DNA of 64,000 bases, from positions 310,001-374,000 of the forward strand of contig NIVC01000240.1 in the NCBI GenBank assembly GCA_002269645.1. The letters run 5' to 3'. The position numbers were made by a program, and so were the translations under genes. Origin of the DNA: Macrostomum lignano (taxonomy: Eukaryota). Shown here piece after piece: positions 59,301 to 64,000 of the stretch (position 1 is its first letter; each line of letters opens with the position of its first letter). The notes under the pieces are model-generated. The model did not search any database. It was not told where the DNA came from and saw only the letters and a list, made by a program, of their open reading frames with translations.

Positions 59301-60496
59301 GAGCGGGTTTAGATTGTTGCAGGACTGATAGCAGAGCGGGTTTAGATTGTTGCAGGGCTGATAGCGGAGCGGGTTTAGATTGTTGCAGGACTGATAGCAG
59401 AGCGGGTTTAGATTGTTGCAGGACTGATAGCAGAGCGGGTTTAGATTGTTGCAGGACTGATAGCAGAGCGGGTTTAGATTGTTGCAGGGCTGATAGCGGA
59501 GCAGATTTAGATTGTTGCAGGGCTGATAGCGGAGCAGATTTAGATTGTTGCAGGGCTGATAGCGGAGCAGATTTAGATTGTTGCAGGACTGATAGCGGAG
59601 CAGATTTAGATTGTTGCAGGGCTGATAGCGGAGCAGATTTAGATTGTTGCAGGGCTGATAGCGGAGCAGATTTAGATTGTTGCAGGGCTGATAGCAGAGC
59701 GGGTTTAGATTGTTGCAGGGCTGATAGCAGAGCGGGTTTAGATTGTTGCAGGGCTGATAGCAGAGCGGGTTTAGATTGTTGCAGGGCTGATAGCAGAGCG
59801 GGTTTAGATTGTTGCAGGGCTGATAGCAGAGCGGGTTTAGATTGTTGCAGGGCTGATAGCAGAGCGGGTTTAGATTGTTGCAGGGCTGATAGCGAGCGGG
59901 TTTAGATTGTTGCAGGGCTGATAGCAGAGCGGGTTTAGATTGTTGCAGGGCTGATAGCAGAGCGGGTTTAGATTGTTGCAGGGCTGATAGCAGAGCGGGT
60001 TTAGATTGTTGCAGGGCTGATAGCAGAGCGGGTTTAGATTGTTGCAGGGCTGATAGCAGAGCGGGTTTAGATTGTTGCAGGGCTGATAGCAGAGCGGGTT
60101 TAGATTGTTGCAGGGCTGATAGCAGAGCGGGTTTAGATTGTTGCAGGGCTGATAGCAGAGCGGGTTTAGATTGTTGCAGGGCTGATAGCAGAGCGGGTTT
60201 AGATTGTTGCAGGGCTGATAGCAGAGCGGGTTTAGATTGTTGCAGGACTGATAGCAGAGCGGGTTTAGATTGTTGCAGGGCTGATAGCAGAGCGGGTTTA
60301 GATTGTTGCTGGACTGATAGCAGAGCGGGTTTAGATTGTTGCAGGGCTGATAGCAGAGCGGGTTTAGATTGTTGCAGGGCTGATAGCAGAGCGGGTTTAG
60401 ATTGTTGCAGGGCTGATAGCAGAGCGGGTTTAGATTGTTGCAGGGCTGATAGCAGAGCGGGTTTAGATTGTTGCAGGGCTGATAGCAGAGCGGGTT
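47389..60496. repeat. 33-bp satellite (GCAGGACTGATAGCGGAGCAGATTTAGATTGTT), about 400 copies, about 13.1 kb
   Basis: Direct tandem periodicity; near-invariant core with variant units at the edges. Confidence 0.99.
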
Positions 60497-60984
60497 ACAT
60501 CCATTAAAGAGCAGAGAATTTAAAGCGATCAACTGGAACTGATCAGCCGTTGATGATTCAAGCCAGCCAGAAAGATGATTCATTCAAGTAATTCGAGTCC
60601 CTAATTCCTGCTCACCTGGAAGCCGGTCAAAGTAATAATTAGCTAAGAAGCCCGGGCCACTGCGTCGGGCATTGCTGACAAAGGTGACGCGCAGGCAGGC
60701 AGCCCGCCTAACAAAGCTGAACCGACTGCCGACTGGAGGCCGGCCGCACCGCGTCTCCGACAGCGACGCCCCCGATCTGCTGGTTGATTCGGCCGACTGG
60801 CCGCTGCGGTCTTGGCAGTCCTCGGCAACAACGTAGTCGCTGTCTTTTGGGTCGCACCTGGCGGTGTTAGGGAAAAATTACGTCCTCTCGTACATGTACA
60901 TGTGAAGATTTGAGTTGTACTTTTTGCAGTAATCCAAAATCAGAGAGATGTGTAATTATGAAAAATTCAATCCAAGGAGAAGCA

Positions 60985-61283
60985 ACCCAAACAACCGAGT
61001 AAGGGCAGCATTGCCAACCAGATGGGGCCAATTGCATGTATCACCCTCAAACCAGGTGCATGAGACCAATTCACACCCTCAACCAGGTGGAGAATTACAT
61101 GTACATGTAGCACCGTCAATCAGGTGAGACCAATTTGAGCCTGAAGTAGGTGAGATCAATTAGCATCCTCAACCAGGTGAGACTAATTACTGTACATGTA
61201 GTACCATAAATCAGGTGAGACTAATTAGAGCCTGAAGTAGATGAAACCAATTAGAGCCTGAAGTAGGTGAGACCAATTAGAGC
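60985..61283. repeat. About 26-27-bp minisatellite (AGGTGAGACCAATTAG core), left part, interrupted by the LTR element
   Basis: The same units resume at 63648. Confidence 0.85.
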
Positions 61284-63647
61284 TGTTGTAAAGTGAGTTT
61301 ACTCACTGGGTTGTTTTGCTAGTCGGTGTTTGGGGGTCAAGGGATCCGTTGTACATGCGCGCTCTGTTTGTATATGTACATGCGTTCTCGAGTAAATATA
61401 TGAATAGCTCCACCCTTTGGGTGAGGGTTTGAATTTTGTTTGTTGGACTAAACCTGACTGGCTTGTCTCTCGCTCACCACATTTTGGCGTCGCGCGGAGA
61501 AATCAATTGATTTGGGCCAGCGTGATTCAGCACAAGCGCGAACTCTAAAATCTGCCAAGTCATGAGCAGCACAGAAGGCGCAAATGCAAGTGCAATGGGC
61601 GACCCACAGCGAGGGTCCCAACAAGCAGCAGCCCAACAGTCAAGCAGAGATGCAGCCAACAGAATGAGTGTCAACATTTCGCCACCGCAGCCGTTTCTGC
61701 CAGCCGCTGGAGCACCGCTGATTGAATGGAACCGATGGAAAGCAATGTTCAGCAATTACCTGCTAGCATCGGGAGCCAGCGATCTGCCGGAGCAAAGAAA
61801 ACAAGCGTTGCTCATTCACTGTTTGGGTGCAGAGGGACAAAACATCTACATGTCTCTACAGGCCAGCAGCAATCAGGAGGAAGGAGAGCAACCGCCATCA
61901 ACAGTTGATGACACGCTGAAGCTCCTAGACATGCACTTCGGACCCAAAGTCAACGTAGTTGCTGAGAGGCACAGATTCCGACAGAGAGCTCAGCGACCGG
62001 GCGAAAAGATCAGCGACTTCGTTGCCGCGCTGCGAAACCTGGCTTCGAACTGCGACTTCAAGACCTTCCAGGAGGAGATGCTGCGTGACCAGCTCGTCGA
62101 GAAAGTGCTCAGCAACCACATCAGGGAGCGACTGCTTATGGAGCCGGAGCTGACCTTGGCGACAGCTGTGCAGTTGGCGGAGCGACTGGAAACTGGACTG
62201 CTGGAGGCCCAGGCCATCAAGGGAGGCAGCCACACAGACCCAAACAGCTCGTGTGGAGTCCAGCAGATCAGCAAGGCCAAGAACAGTGGAGCAGCGGCAA
62301 GACAGCACGAGGCACTGAAGTCGACAGCCGACGGCCGGAGCTGCGGCTACTGTGGCTCAGCGGCGCATGTCGGTGGACAGACCTGCCCAGCAAAGGGGCA
62401 GAAGTGCAAGTCCTGCGGCAAGCGCGGGCACTTCGCCAGAGTCTGCAGGAGCGGCAACCGAGTGCGACAGCTTCAGGATGAGTACTCCATCTGCACTGTG
62501 TCGACAGCTGCGGCAGCAAGCAAGCACTGCGAGGTGCTGCTGAACGGGAGGCCTGTCAAGCTGCTCGTTGACTCCGGTTCGCGAGTCTCCATCATCACCA
62601 AGACGACGTACAATAGACTTCTGTCCAACGTGCCCCTGCAGGCGTCATCACGGAAGCTGGTCGCTTTCAACGGCAGCAAGATCGGCGTGCTTGGTGATAT
62701 CCTGACCTCGGTGCAACTCAAGGACAAAGTAGTGCCTTACGTCAACCTTAGCGTGGTTAATACCGGATCTGACATCCTGGGGTGCGACCTCATGGATCAG
62801 CTGGGACTGTGGATCGTCACTGCAGACGGTGAGCGAGTGCAGACAGTCGGCACCAGAGCCCTGCCTGACTGGATCCCAGGCCGGTTCGATCAGTTGACTC
62901 AGGGACTCGGACACATCAAAGGATTTCAGCACAGGCTGCGAGTCAACCCCGCGGTGCAACCGACTGCTCAACCGTTGCGCAGAGTGCCGCTCAGCTTAAG
63001 AGATTCGGTTCAAAAGAAGTTCAAGTGGCTCAAAAGAACCCGACCGCCTCAATTAGGGTGCGGCGACCTGGTGCGAGTGCGATCTCCGCGGATGCGAGGC
63101 AAGCTGCAGAGCCACGTGTCACCACCTCTACGGGTCAGCGACATCATCAGCCCGACGATCGTCAGGTTAGAGGACGGCTCAAGGTGGCACACCAGCCTCT
63201 GTATGCCTCATGCGGAGCCCGAGGGTGCCAGCACGACTTCGGCAACGGCAATGCCGCCACAGCCGCCAGTGGCTGCAGAGCCGGCAGCGCCAGAAGGCCC
63301 GACGGACCCGCCGCCGGCGACCGCTGAGGCCGACGCGGAGCTGCGGCGCAGTACGCGACTGCGGGCACCACCGTTGTGGTACGGCCAGGTCGTGACGCAT
63401 TGATTGCCAGCTGTGAAGGGAATTAGTGACTGTTAAGGAGGAGGGTGAATGTTGTAAAGTGAGTTTACTCACTGGGTTGTTTTGCTAGTCGGTGTTTGGG
63501 GGTCAAGGGATCCGTTGTACATGCGCGCTCTGTTTGTATATGTACATGCGTTCTCGAGTAAATATATGAATAGCTCCACCCTTTGGGTGAGGGTTTGAAT
63601 TTTGTTTGTTGGACTAAACCTGACTGGCTTGTCTCTCGCTCACCACA
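61284..63647 (+). mobile_element. Ty3/Gypsy-type non-autonomous LTR retroelement, 2364 bp, structurally complete
   Basis: Identical 198-bp TG...CA LTRs (61284-61481, 63450-63647); 5-bp TSD AGAGC; PBS-like TGGCGTCG just after the 5' LTR; polypurine tract AAGGAGGAGGGTGAA at 63435-63449. Confidence 0.97.
61562..63403 (+). CDS. Gag (capsid plus Cys/His knuckles) - aspartic protease - fused post-integrase tail, 613 aa; no RT, RNase H or integrase
   Basis: Gag: WNRWKAMFSNYLLA, ERHRFRQRAQRPGEKISDFVAALR, CKSCGKRGHFARVC. Protease: LLVDSGSRVSI..ILGCD. Pre-RT stretch QPLRRVPLSLRDSVQK joins directly to GDLVRVR...LRRSTR. Confidence 0.92.
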   Translation: MSSTEGANASAMGDPQRGSQQAAAQQSSRDAANRMSVNISPPQPFLPAAGAPLIEWNRWKAMFSNYLLASGASDLPEQRKQALLIHCLGAEGQNIYMSLQASSNQEEGEQPPSTVDDTLKLLDMHFGPKVNVVAERHRFRQRAQRPGEKISDFVAALRNLASNCDFKTFQEEMLRDQLVEKVLSNHIRERLLMEPELTLATAVQLAERLETGLLEAQAIKGGSHTDPNSSCGVQQISKAKNSGAAARQHEALKSTADGRSCGYCGSAAHVGGQTCPAKGQKCKSCGKRGHFARVCRSGNRVRQLQDEYSICTVSTAAAASKHCEVLLNGRPVKLLVDSGSRVSIITKTTYNRLLSNVPLQASSRKLVAFNGSKIGVLGDILTSVQLKDKVVPYVNLSVVNTGSDILGCDLMDQLGLWIVTADGERVQTVGTRALPDWIPGRFDQLTQGLGHIKGFQHRLRVNPAVQPTAQPLRRVPLSLRDSVQKKFKWLKRTRPPQLGCGDLVRVRSPRMRGKLQSHVSPPLRVSDIISPTIVRLEDGSRWHTSLCMPHAEPEGASTTSATAMPPQPPVAAEPAAPEGPTDPPPATAEADAELRRSTRLRAPPLWYGQVVTH

Positions 63648-64000
63648 AGAGCCTGAAGTAGGTGAGACCAATTAGAGCCTGAAGTAGGTGAGACAAATTA
63701 GTACCCTCAATCAGGTGAGATCAATTAGCAACCCCAATCGGTGAGACCAATTAGCAACCCCAACCAGGTGAGACCAATTAGCAACCCCAACCAGGTGAGA
63801 CCAATTAGCAACCCCAATCAGGTGAGACCAATTAGCACCCTCAAACAGGTGACACCAATTAGCACCCTCAAACAGGTGAGACCAATTAGCACCCTCAAAC
63901 AGGTGACACCAATTAGCACCCTCAAACAGGTGACACCAATTAGCACCCTCAAACAGGTGAGACCAATTAGCACCCTCAAACAGGTGACACCAATTAGCAC
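63648..64000. repeat. 27-bp minisatellite (CAGGTGAGACCAATTAGCACCCTCAAA), right part, runs off the window
   Basis: Tandem copies visible to the window end. Confidence 0.92.

Noticed and set aside
47789-60583. Very long ORFs (e.g. 49965..55109, 1714 aa of DSGADLDCCRT repeats)
   Set aside because: The 33-bp unit is a multiple of 3 and has stop-free frames. Frames break at 32-bp variant units, and there is no unique coding flank or real start.

Overview
Eukaryotic (metazoan) genomic DNA with GC-rich exons, AT-rich intergenic DNA, GT-AG introns and many tandem repeats. The style suggests a free-living flatworm such as Macrostomum, but that is inference only. Five spliced host genes can be rebuilt by hand: TENT5/FAM46 (- strand, 2 exons), a 7-finger C2H2 gene (3 exons), calcineurin B (3 exons), a TECPR2 orthologue (5 exons) and RPL7A (2 exons). 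TECPR2 shows an apparent 1-nt frameshift, an 89-unit coding pentapeptide repeat and a C-terminal LIR motif. Most introns carry their own minisatellite. A 23-bp satellite of about 4.1 kb fills a TENT5 intron, and a 33-bp satellite of about 13 kb occupies 47.4-60.5 kb. Mobile DNA includes several non-autonomous hAT-type elements with 8-bp TSDs (one nested), a decayed intron-containing hAT transposase, a LINE RT remnant and a tRNA/CORE-like SINE. The standout is a 2,364-bp Ty3/Gypsy-type element with identical 198-bp LTRs and a 5-bp TSD. Its single intact ORF encodes Gag and protease fused in frame to the post-integrase tail, with RT, RNase H and integrase absent.
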